From Planctomycetota bacterium (GTDB taxonomy: Bacteria; Planctomycetota; UBA1135), in contig JASFYO010000063.1 in the NCBI GenBank assembly GCA_045047305.1, positions 1-16,958 on the forward strand: a DNA stretch of 16,958 bases, read 5' to 3'. This document shows positions 7,917-16,202 of the stretch, one piece after another. The notes under the pieces are model-generated. The model made no database searches. It was not told the origin of the DNA and saw nothing but the letters and a program-made list of their open reading frames with translations. Position 1 is the first letter of the stretch. Every line of letters begins with the position of its first letter. The translations under genes and the position numbers were made by a program.

Positions 7917-9347
7917 ATGTACAAACTCTTCGCCAGCCTAGTCTTGCTTGTTCCGGCCCTCGGACCCGGCACCCACGCCCCTCCTGAGGCTGGAATTGCA
8001 TGGATGGAAAGCTACGACTCGGCGTTTTCTGCTGCTCAGGCGCGCGACACCATCGTGTTCTTGGCGGTCAATATGGATGGAGAGCGCGCCAATGATGAGG
8101 CCGCGAAGAAGCTCTACAACGACAGCCTGATCGTGGGTCTTTGCGCTGAAACGGTGAATATCGTCGCTTCGCGCTTTGAGCATTCCACTTCTGGGAGTTG
8201 CCCGCGCTTTGGAAGCCTGCGCTGTGAGGACCACCAAAGAATCGATAAGCAGGCGCGAGCCATTGTGCTCAAGCCTGGCCCCGAAGGCGAAGTCATTGCC
8301 CCGCATCACGTATTCCTCGACAAGAACGGAGTGATTCTGCTCTCGGTTGCATACAAAGTCAGTGCAAAAGAATTGGCTTGGTGCTTTCGTGCAGCACAGC
8401 GCAAGGCCTATCCAGATGCCGAGTTTGCCAAAGTCAAAGGCGCGCGAGCTCCACGTCGGCTGGTGATGGACGGAGTGGTGAACATGGGTGCGAGTGGCAT
8501 TCATCCGTTAAACGAAGAGGAGATGGAGGCCGCAATCAAGCGCTTGCGCAACACCAAACGCTTTGATCAGCGCATCGAGGATCTTTACTCGCTGATTGCA
8601 ACCGACCATCCCGATGCTGTCGACATCATTACCCGCGATCTCGAGAACTCCAATGTCGCTAGTGCTTATGTCGGACGCGGGGGCGCGAGCAGGGAAACGG
8701 AAGGCGCTGGCCAGCAGTTACTCAACAGCCGCGCCAAGTTGATTCACCGCATTGGGGTTTACTCCCCCTCATCCTATTGGGAGGCCGTAGTGACCCAGTT
8801 GCAGGACACCGAAACCATCATCCGTCAAGAAGCTGCCGTCGCACTAGAGCAACTGGCTACCGAGAAAGCGGTGAAGGATTTGAAGTCTGCGCTCAAAAAG
8901 GAGGAAGACGTCGACGTGCGCCGTTGCTTGGTGCGGGCTTTGGGAACCTGCGGAGTGGATAGCTCTAGTGCACGCAAGCAGCTGCTGACCTTGGCCAAAT
9001 CGAAAAAGGATGAGGAGGCACGCCTCAATGCTCTGTTTGCGCTCGGGGGGCAGGTGGATCAAAAAAGCGTGGCCAAGTTGCTCACCTCCACCTTGGAAGA
9101 AGGCACACCAAAGCAAATGCAGGCGGTAGTTCTGGGGATTGCATTTGCACGAAATGCTTCCTTACAAAATTTATTCCTCCCATTAGAAGCGCAAAGAAAC
9201 AACCTCGATTCAGGGACATTAGAAGCGCTTGAGGCTGCAAGGGCCGTTTTGAGCGGGGAGAACTTATCTTCGATACGGAACAAGGTTGAGGCCCTGTTTG
9301 GGGACTCGCTACCACGCGAAAAGCTCTTCGGCCTCAGCAAGAATTAG
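7917..9347 (+). CDS. Exported protein with N-terminal thioredoxin-like fold (no CxxC) and C-terminal HEAT repeats
   Basis: Signal peptide from ATG 7917 (MYKLFASLVLLVPALG). IAWMESYDSAFSAAQARDTIVFL resembles Trx-like domain starts. HEAT-like units include IRQEAAVALEQL, VRRCLVRALG and ARLNALFALG. Confidence 0.7.
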   Translation: MYKLFASLVLLVPALGPGTHAPPEAGIAWMESYDSAFSAAQARDTIVFLAVNMDGERANDEAAKKLYNDSLIVGLCAETVNIVASRFEHSTSGSCPRFGSLRCEDHQRIDKQARAIVLKPGPEGEVIAPHHVFLDKNGVILLSVAYKVSAKELAWCFRAAQRKAYPDAEFAKVKGARAPRRLVMDGVVNMGASGIHPLNEEEMEAAIKRLRNTKRFDQRIEDLYSLIATDHPDAVDIITRDLENSNVASAYVGRGGASRETEGAGQQLLNSRAKLIHRIGVYSPSSYWEAVVTQLQDTETIIRQEAAVALEQLATEKAVKDLKSALKKEEDVDVRRCLVRALGTCGVDSSSARKQLLTLAKSKKDEEARLNALFALGGQVDQKSVAKLLTSTLEEGTPKQMQAVVLGIAFARNASLQNLFLPLEAQRNNLDSGTLEALEAARAVLSGENLSSIRNKVEALFGDSLPREKLFGLSKN

Positions 9348-9350
9348 GCC

Positions 9351-9378
9351 TCAAGAAGTGTTTGGCGCAAGCCGATAG
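9351..9378 (+). promoter_or_regulatory. Candidate sigma28 (FliA)-type promoter
   Basis: TCAAG-N15-GCCGATAG about 80 nt upstream of ATG 9458. The -10 matches GCCGATAA at 7/8; the spacing is about 1 nt longer than the usual consensus. Confidence 0.4.
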
Positions 9379-9454
9379 GTCAACGTAATTCCCGGATTTA
9401 GTCTTTCACCTTTTACTCGGCGTATCTGGGACCCCGAAACCCCCAAACACTTCT
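9354..9454. repeat. Perfect 12-bp inverted repeat pair flanking a 77-bp spacer
   Basis: AGAAGTGTTTGG (9354-9365) and CCAAACACTTCT (9443-9454) are exact reverse complements. Confidence 0.8.
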
Positions 9455-9457
9455 GTC

Positions 9458-11740
9458 ATGAAAAAAACAACAAAACTTAGCCTCTGGCTGGGTATTTTTG
9501 CACTCGCCACAGTTTCCTGTGGCAGTTCTTCCGATACTAGCAGCGGTTCCATTTCTGGACTTTCACTACCCGATTCCATGGACCTTGTTGGAATTGATGC
9601 ACAAACAGCAGGCAGTTCTATTGCCGCTGGTGCTTCCGTCAACCCTGCTGCTGTCTTCTCCGCAGCAAGCGATTACAACACTGACCAAGTCAACGCTTAT
9701 ATGTGGGACGAAACCACGGAGCCTCTTGGCATCATTAACGATATCTTGACTTCTGTCGGACAAACCCGCGCCGACGTATTCGTCAACACCAGCCCCTATC
9801 TGGCATTGGTGGAAGTGATTGGCGAAAACGGCGATAGCGGCGGTGATGCCGCTGGCCAGTCAAGCTCTGGCAACGCAACCGCGCTAGAACCATGGGTACT
9901 TAACAGCACCCGCGCATCAGCAACGGCACCTCAGATTGTGCGCTTCTGGATTACGAACAAAGACGAATCCGGTCCTACTGGAACCTTCAGTCAAACCATT
10001 TTTGGCCGCGCTGCGGTTTCATCGGAACCAACTACAACCAATCCCTTTGGCGATTTCTTACTCGACTTTGCCATGGTCGACAATTCCGATAACTCGATGA
10101 ACGCACGTGGTGCTTTGACCACCACCAATCCTGGAAGCGGCCAACTGGGCTTTTCCTTCATGATGGAAGACCTTGCTGGCTTCATGGGTGGAGATACCCG
10201 TGTAGCAGTACAAACTTCTACGGACCAAACGACTGGCAGTGCCCACATGCTGGTTCCGAATTATTCTTCTGGTGGATCGGTTGAATACTCTCTGGCTTAC
10301 AACCAGAACTACTTTTTGCGTTCTGATGGCACCGATACCAAACTACTCGATCGCAACAACTTCAAACGCAACACTTGGGGCTACAACCTCTACTATGCTG
10401 CGGATGACAACCTGGGTCACACTGCTGGTCAGCGCCTTGACCTTCAAGGTGGATTCCCATTCGTTTACGACAACGCTGGCAACACCGAATACGGCTGGGT
10501 TGATTACTGGGGTATTTGGTCCTCGGAACCAAACGCCCTGACCACGGGCTCCACCGTTGTGCGCGAAAATCCCGCAGGCACTGCTCTGAACTACACGGTC
10601 CTCAAGTCCCCTGGAAAGCTAATCAAGGTCACCAAACGTTCGATTAGTCTTCTGGAGCTCGATGGCGAAACCTTCGAATACTGGGATTGGACTAGCGGTG
10701 ATCAGTTTCTAGTTCAATACACTCACAGCACCTCTTCCTTCAGCAAAATTGCGAAGCGTGACACCACCACCTGGAATTGGGTTGACCTCACCCCGGCACT
10801 GCCACTCACCATCAACCTAGATGAGTATTACGGCTTCTGGTCGGAAGGTCTTGGCGGAAGCTTGGACTTCGTTGGTGGCGACACTGCCATGACTGTACGT
10901 GAGCAAAACTTTGTTAGCGCTGATGACAGCATCTTCGGCGGCGGCACTAGCTTGACCCTCTACTCCATGACCGAATCTCTAAAAGCAGGTCTCACAGCCA
11001 CGCAAGTTGAGATTGGGAGCATCTACATGAACGAGGTTACCAACCCGGCGAACGCTTACCAGTACACCTTCCTTAAGGATGGCCGCAAACTCCAGTACGG
11101 CGGCGCCGATGTCGGTCTTCTGGCTGGCGAAGTTCCTGCCAACGGTGTCTACACCTGGGGCATGAACAGCGGCCCAATGTCGGCGGTTGACCCTGTCACT
11201 CTTGGAATCACTGCTCCTTGGGAAATGTACAACCTCGACGAGTACTACTACTACGAAACCGGTCACAATGAATGGAACCAGTTTGCCACCCTTATCCAAG
11301 CGGACGGCAGCCCAGTGACTTTCGATAACCCGATTAGTTTCTTCTACACCCACTCCACCGCGAACGATGCAGACAACAGCGCCGTAAACGATGGCAAGAA
11401 GATCTTCCTAACCTACGGCGGCGATCGCAACCTTTGGGGCATCCCAGGGAATGAGACCGACACCAATGGCGACGGCCTCGGCGACCGCTGGTACCCACTG
11501 TTCTCGATTAAGGATGGCGCCGTTATGGGGCCAACTGGCACCGAGTACGTCATCAAAGCTGTCGAGATGGAACTCTTCATGCAAGTTTCTGCCGATGCAA
11601 TCCCAGCAGCTCTGCAAACGGCTTTGTCCAGCGCGGCTTCTTTGGCCCTACCAACTTTGACCGGCTGGGTAGATCCAACTTCGGTGACGCAACCAGTCGT
11701 CACCACTGAGCCTGCGGTCGTTGCTGGCGTAATCCAGTAA
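9458..11740 (+). CDS. Large hypothetical lipoprotein (760 aa), probably surface-exposed and beta-rich
   Basis: MKKTTK + hydrophobic stretch + TVS-C, then a Ser/Gly linker. Rich in T/G/S/D/Y/W, with one DTNGDG Ca-loop-like motif. Followed by its own terminator. Confidence 0.85.
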   Translation: MKKTTKLSLWLGIFALATVSCGSSSDTSSGSISGLSLPDSMDLVGIDAQTAGSSIAAGASVNPAAVFSAASDYNTDQVNAYMWDETTEPLGIINDILTSVGQTRADVFVNTSPYLALVEVIGENGDSGGDAAGQSSSGNATALEPWVLNSTRASATAPQIVRFWITNKDESGPTGTFSQTIFGRAAVSSEPTTTNPFGDFLLDFAMVDNSDNSMNARGALTTTNPGSGQLGFSFMMEDLAGFMGGDTRVAVQTSTDQTTGSAHMLVPNYSSGGSVEYSLAYNQNYFLRSDGTDTKLLDRNNFKRNTWGYNLYYAADDNLGHTAGQRLDLQGGFPFVYDNAGNTEYGWVDYWGIWSSEPNALTTGSTVVRENPAGTALNYTVLKSPGKLIKVTKRSISLLELDGETFEYWDWTSGDQFLVQYTHSTSSFSKIAKRDTTTWNWVDLTPALPLTINLDEYYGFWSEGLGGSLDFVGGDTAMTVREQNFVSADDSIFGGGTSLTLYSMTESLKAGLTATQVEIGSIYMNEVTNPANAYQYTFLKDGRKLQYGGADVGLLAGEVPANGVYTWGMNSGPMSAVDPVTLGITAPWEMYNLDEYYYYETGHNEWNQFATLIQADGSPVTFDNPISFFYTHSTANDADNSAVNDGKKIFLTYGGDRNLWGIPGNETDTNGDGLGDRWYPLFSIKDGAVMGPTGTEYVIKAVEMELFMQVSADAIPAALQTALSSAASLALPTLTGWVDPTSVTQPVVTTEPAVVAGVIQ

Positions 11741-11753
11741 CCCCCCCCTATTT

Positions 11754-11795
11754 GAGAGCCCTCGACATCTTCGGATGGCGGGGGCTTTCTTTTTT
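11754..11795 (+). terminator. Rho-independent terminator of the lipoprotein gene
   Basis: GAGAGCCCTCGACATC-TTCG-GATGGCGGGGGCTTTC stem with a cUUCGg loop, followed by TTTTTT. Confidence 0.9.
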
Positions 11796-11822
11796 GCACT
11801 GAAGGCGTAGAATGTCTAGAAT
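11794..11822 (+). promoter_or_regulatory. sigma70-type promoter of the Rrf2 gene
   Basis: TTGCAC (11794-11799)-N17-TAGAAT (11817-11822), ending 11 nt before ATG 11834. Confidence 0.6.
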
Positions 11823-11833
11823 AAACGACAAAG

Positions 11834-12337
11834 ATGTACGGAAAAGCTACTGAATGCTCGATTGCCGCTCTGTCACGACTCGCTGAAGTCTACGACGGTG
11901 GCAAAACCAGGCTCTCTGCCCAAGAGATTGCCCACGATCGTGGTTTACTTAAACCCTTTGTTGGCAAGGTATTAACCACGCTTTCCCAAGCAGGGCTAGT
12001 CAAAGGCGCACGTGGTCCCGGTGGCGGATTCACGCTTGGTAAGCCCCCATCTGAAATCAAGATTTACGATGTCTTCAAGCTTTTTGAGCGCGAGGAAGAC
12101 AGCGATCTCTGCCCCTTTGGCGGCGGCATTTGTGGCGTCGGCGTCAATTGTGCCCTCCACGAAAAGCTCGCGAAGGTGCAAGATGCGGTCAATCATGTTC
12201 TACATGAGACCACTTTTGAAGACTTCCGCATCGCTTCACAGGATCACGGGCTAAAACCTACCGGTCCTCAGGAGGTGGAAGATCACCATAAGCGCGAGAC
12301 TTACCGAGCTCCATATAAACGTAAAGGCTTTCCCTAA
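11834..12337 (+). CDS. Rrf2 family (IscR/NsrR-like) Fe-S transcriptional regulator
   Basis: wHTH with LSQAGLVKGARGPGGGFTL; C-x6-C-x5-C-x2-H cluster motif (CPFGGGICGVGVNCALH). Confidence 0.92.
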   Translation: MYGKATECSIAALSRLAEVYDGGKTRLSAQEIAHDRGLLKPFVGKVLTTLSQAGLVKGARGPGGGFTLGKPPSEIKIYDVFKLFEREEDSDLCPFGGGICGVGVNCALHEKLAKVQDAVNHVLHETTFEDFRIASQDHGLKPTGPQEVEDHHKRETYRAPYKRKGFP

Positions 12338-12349
12338 GCGGGACCGGAC

Positions 12350-13033
12350 TTAGTCTGCAACCGTGCGGATGGTAAGTCCACCAGAGGTGCGCAACTCCAC
12401 CTCGTATTTTTTGCCTGGCGCCAGTTTGATAAACGGCGCTTCGCCATGCATCGCCCGCACCCCACTTTCGCGCACGATATCAGGGTCTAAGGCATATTCC
12501 CAAAAACGCTTCCATAAATCGCGGTGAAAAGCCGGCGCCCCTTGCTCAGGGGAATACGCACGTGGAAATTGGCCGACACTATCTATGGGAAATCCATCGG
12601 CCGGATTTTGATATTCCCCAAACAAGCGACGGAACAGCAAAAGGCTACTTCCACGCAGCAAATCATTCTGTTCGACGAACTCGTCATCGAACTTAATCAC
12701 CAGTGCCTCGATGTAAAGGAGGTCGCCATCGATTTCATACCAGTCTCCTTCATTGTATGGATCCCCTGAAGGGCCATACTCCTGAAAACGAAAGCGTGTC
12801 ATCATGCCACCAGGGTGTCCAGCATCCAGTTGTTGCTCAAGCACCTCAATCCGCGCAATACGGCGACGTTCACGTAAAAATCCCAGCTGCAAATCCTTTG
12901 CGCTGACCTCCTTTTCTAGCTCAGAAATACGCTGAAGCAACACCGGGTCATCGGAGAAGGCACCGCTGAGTCCGAGAAAAACAGCGCCGCCACCCAGAGA
13001 TCCGAGCAGCAAGGTAGGAAGGATTTTGGCCAT
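12350..13033 (-). CDS. Hypothetical membrane-anchored/exported protein with short coiled coil
   Basis: 227-aa ORF filling the gap, with an N-terminal hydrophobic segment and LLQRISELEKEVSAKDLQL heptads. No family recognised. Confidence 0.75.
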   Translation of the reverse strand: MAKILPTLLLGSLGGGAVFLGLSGAFSDDPVLLQRISELEKEVSAKDLQLGFLRERRRIARIEVLEQQLDAGHPGGMMTRFRFQEYGPSGDPYNEGDWYEIDGDLLYIEALVIKFDDEFVEQNDLLRGSSLLLFRRLFGEYQNPADGFPIDSVGQFPRAYSPEQGAPAFHRDLWKRFWEYALDPDIVRESGVRAMHGEAPFIKLAPGKKYEVELRTSGGLTIRTVAD

Positions 13034-13068
13034 GGCAGTGAGACCGCACCATATCCATTTTGGACGTC

Positions 13069-13103
13069 AAATAAAAATAGGCTACGGACCGAAGTCTGTA
13101 GCC
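13069..13103 (-). terminator. Intrinsic terminator-like hairpin (minus strand) just upstream of the 12350..13033 gene
   Basis: GGCTACAGAC-TTCG-GTCCGTAGCC followed by TATTTTTATTT; cUUCGg loop, one A-C mismatch. Confidence 0.65.
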
Positions 13104-13371
13104 CTGTGGGGGGGTGATTTGCAAAATGACACCGGGGAAAGCGTGCTACCTCCTAACCCGCTTTTCCCGGATGCCGAATAGACAGGACTCCTGAAAAATA
13201 ACCAGGAAAGCTGTGGGGCGAATCCCTGATCATGATGTAGTTGCCGCCAAAGCGTTTTTTCCCGAGACTTTCCCTCTTTTTTTTCAAATTCTTTGCAAAA
13301 ATCAAAACTTTCGCGTTTAAACCCCTGTTTAGACACACTTCATCCCTGCTCCACTCTAAACTCCCAAACTC

Positions 13372-15723
13372 ATGGTTTCCCTCGTAAACACCACATCCCG
13401 ACTAGGGCTGCTCCTCCTTGCCGTCTGTAGCCTTGGCCTGCCCAGCTTTGCCGCCCAGCAGAAACAGGACCGTCCCGACGCCTTTCGCCAGCTCAACGAG
13501 ATTCTGCCTACAGCCAACGAAACTCGGACCGGTTCCGGCGCCCCGGGCCACAAGTATTGGCAGCAAAAAGTCGACTATCAAATCGAAGTCAACTTGGAAG
13601 AGGACATGCGTGAGATTACGGCTAAGGAACACATCACTTACCACAACCATGCGCCGGACACTTTGACCTACCTTTGGGTACAACTTGAGAACAATCGTTT
13701 TCTTTCAAGTTCGGCTGGCAACCTCAGCTCGGGGGCCCCAGATTTTTCCAAGGGCATGAGCTTTAAGGCTCTGCATAACCGTGTGGCGAATTCCAATTTT
13801 GATGGCAGCCTTCATCTGACAGACGTTTCGGCAGACGGCAAAGCACTGCACTATGTCATCAACGACACCATGATGCGGGTGGACTTACCTGCGCCGCTGC
13901 AACCGGGTTCGCATTTTGAGTTCGACATTGCTTGGCACTACATCGTTAACGATGCGTCAGTAGTGCGCGGCAGGACTGGGGCAGAATACTTTGAGGATGA
14001 TGGCAACTGGATTTTTGAGTTAGCACATTGGTTTCCACGCTTAGCGGTTTATGACGACGTCGCCGGATGGCAAAATAAACAGTTCCTGGGCGGTTCCGAA
14101 TTCGCTTTGGAGTTCGGTGATTACGACGTGCGGATTACTGTGCCCGCGGACCATATTGTTGCGGCTACGGGAGTCCTGCAAAACCCAAAGGACGTGTTAA
14201 GTGAAGTGCAGCGCAACCGATTTGCTCAGGCTATGCAACTGGGCAATGATGGCCCCACCATGATTGTGACTTTGGCAGAAGCTACTGCCAAGGAAGCGGA
14301 ACATGCCAGTGGCACCAAGACCTGGGATTTTCACGCAGAAAATGTACGCGACTTCGCATGGGCAAGTTCACGTAAATTCCTGTGGGATTGTTGGGGCGTT
14401 TACTCCGGTGACGAACAAAAGCTTGATGGACACATGGTTGCCGCCATGTCCTTTTGGCCAAAAGAAGGCGAGCCCATGTGGAGTAAATTCAGCACCCACG
14501 CCGTAGTCCACACGTTGGAAGTTTATTCGCGCTACACCTTTGAGTATCCCTACCCAAGCGCGATCTCTGTCAACGGCCCTATCGGCGGCATGGAGTACCC
14601 AATGATTTGTTTCAACGGCCCGCGCCCAGAAAAAGATGGAACCTATTCCGAGCGCACCAAGTATGGATTGATTGGAGTCATCATTCACGAAGTTGGGCAT
14701 AACTATTTCCCCATGATTGTAAATAGCGATGAGCGTCAATGGACGTGGATGGATGAAGGGCTTAACACCTTCGTACAACATCTCGCAGAAGTGGAGTGGG
14801 ATGATCACTACAAGGGATGGTGGGGTGAGCCATCGCAAATCACGAACTACATGCAATCGGAAGAACAGGTCCCCATCATGACCGCAGGCGACTCCCTTTT
14901 GAGTGGCGGCAACAATGCTTACGGGAAACCGATGACTGCACTGAATATTTTGCGCGAATCCATCATGGGGCGTGAATTATTCGACTTCGCCTTTGCCGAA
15001 TACTCACGCCGTTGGAAATTCAAACATCCGAAACCGGCCGACTTCTTCCGCACCATGGAAGATGCAAGCGCAGTGGACCTCGACTGGTTTTGGCGCGGTT
15101 GGTTCTACACTACGGATCACGTCGACCTCGCGATTACCGATGTCGCGTGGTATTCGATTAGTACTCAAGACCCGGATCAGGTCAATGGCCTAGCTGCCGA
15201 CCAACGCAGCACCACGCCGGAAACTTTGCAGCATGAACGCAATGCCGATTTCGTCAAACGTTTCGATGCGTATCCGGAGTTGAAAGACTTCTACGATGGC
15301 TACGACCCGCTTGCCACCACAGCAAAGCAGGAAAAAGATTACCTGAAGCTGCTCGATAGTCTGGAAGACTGGCAACGTGAGCAGCTAGAAGCCCCATGGC
15401 AATTTTATGTAGTGGAAGTACAGAACCTTGGGGGATTGGTGATGCCGATTTTCTTGCGCTTGGAATTTGAGGATGGCGGCGAAGAAATGCGCAGGATTCC
15501 TGCGGAGGTCTGGCGTAAAAACAGTGAACAAGTGAAAACGTTGGTTACGGTGGACCGCCCGCTGCGGCGCATTGTTTTAGACCCCCGCCTAGAAACGGCG
15601 GACTGTGACTTATCTAATAACTTCTGGCCGCCAGAAGCCGCACAACCAACTCGTTTCGACTTATTTAAGCAGAAGAAGCGTTCCCACAGTAACCCAATGC
15701 AAACTGCTGGAGAGGAGAAATGA
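13372..15723 (+). CDS. Secreted M1 family zinc aminopeptidase
   Basis: Signal peptide; GGMEY exopeptidase motif; HEVGH-x18-E (WMDEG) zinc motif. Confidence 0.95.
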   Translation: MVSLVNTTSRLGLLLLAVCSLGLPSFAAQQKQDRPDAFRQLNEILPTANETRTGSGAPGHKYWQQKVDYQIEVNLEEDMREITAKEHITYHNHAPDTLTYLWVQLENNRFLSSSAGNLSSGAPDFSKGMSFKALHNRVANSNFDGSLHLTDVSADGKALHYVINDTMMRVDLPAPLQPGSHFEFDIAWHYIVNDASVVRGRTGAEYFEDDGNWIFELAHWFPRLAVYDDVAGWQNKQFLGGSEFALEFGDYDVRITVPADHIVAATGVLQNPKDVLSEVQRNRFAQAMQLGNDGPTMIVTLAEATAKEAEHASGTKTWDFHAENVRDFAWASSRKFLWDCWGVYSGDEQKLDGHMVAAMSFWPKEGEPMWSKFSTHAVVHTLEVYSRYTFEYPYPSAISVNGPIGGMEYPMICFNGPRPEKDGTYSERTKYGLIGVIIHEVGHNYFPMIVNSDERQWTWMDEGLNTFVQHLAEVEWDDHYKGWWGEPSQITNYMQSEEQVPIMTAGDSLLSGGNNAYGKPMTALNILRESIMGRELFDFAFAEYSRRWKFKHPKPADFFRTMEDASAVDLDWFWRGWFYTTDHVDLAITDVAWYSISTQDPDQVNGLAADQRSTTPETLQHERNADFVKRFDAYPELKDFYDGYDPLATTAKQEKDYLKLLDSLEDWQREQLEAPWQFYVVEVQNLGGLVMPIFLRLEFEDGGEEMRRIPAEVWRKNSEQVKTLVTVDRPLRRIVLDPRLETADCDLSNNFWPPEAAQPTRFDLFKQKKRSHSNPMQTAGEEK

Positions 15724-16202
15724 AACTCGTACTCCTGACCTTGCTTTTGGTGCTGCCGAGTTGGCACCGCGTCGCAACCACGCAGCTTGAAATGCAACTG
15801 GATGCAGAAAGTGGTGCGCTAGAAATTGCCTTACACATCAGCCCGAATGACCTCGAGACCTGCCTCACGCAAACTCAAGGGCGCCCCATTCGTTTGGAGC
15901 GTGAGAAAAAAATAGATGCCCTCATAGCAAGCTATGTCAAAGAACATTTTTTCCTTACCAACGCAAAGGGAGAGGTGATTGACTTCACTTGGGTGGGTAA
16001 AGAAACGGAGCTGCGCGATATTTGGGTTTACTTCGAGCTCGACGTTCATGCAGAACTAAAAGATTTGCAGGTGCACAACGACTTGCTAGCAAGCTTGCAT
16101 CATGACTACGTTTCCACTCTGAGTTTCAGTTATGACGGGAACCGGAAGCACAGCCTGCGTTTTGACCGCGAGCGGAAAACCCAGACCTTACTGGCGGACT
16201 AA
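15720..16202 (+). CDS. Exported hypothetical protein, DUF6702-like
   Basis: ATGA overlap with the peptidase stop and SD GGAGAGGAG. Signal peptide followed by H; the pattern LEIALHI..NDLE..L...YV.EHF.L...WVGKE....WVYFE and its position after an M1 peptidase recall DUF6702 (from memory, not searched). Confidence 0.7.
   Translation: MKLVLLTLLLVLPSWHRVATTQLEMQLDAESGALEIALHISPNDLETCLTQTQGRPIRLEREKKIDALIASYVKEHFFLTNAKGEVIDFTWVGKETELRDIWVYFELDVHAELKDLQVHNDLLASLHHDYVSTLSFSYDGNRKHSLRFDRERKTQTLLAD

Noticed and set aside
7868..7972. N-terminal extensions of apaG (to 7972) and of the HEAT protein (from 7887) in the ORF track
   Set aside because: They would overlap each other head-to-head. The ATGs at 7867 and 7917 give a normal ApaG length and a clean signal peptide.
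11741..11748. Homopolymer tracts (C8 here, G7 at 5788-5794, G7 at 13108-13114) as phase-variation sites
   Set aside because: They are short and intergenic, and none lies in an identifiable promoter spacer or CDS.
13154..13180. Second sigma28-like promoter (TAAC-N15-GCCGAATA) on the plus strand
   Set aside because: Both boxes match imperfectly and it overlaps a hairpin arm; insufficient support.
13082..13338. Short ORFs (84 and 61 aa) in the intergenic region, and the many antisense or alternate-frame ORFs in the track
   Set aside because: They have low-complexity or atypical composition and no motifs, or are shadows of well-supported genes.
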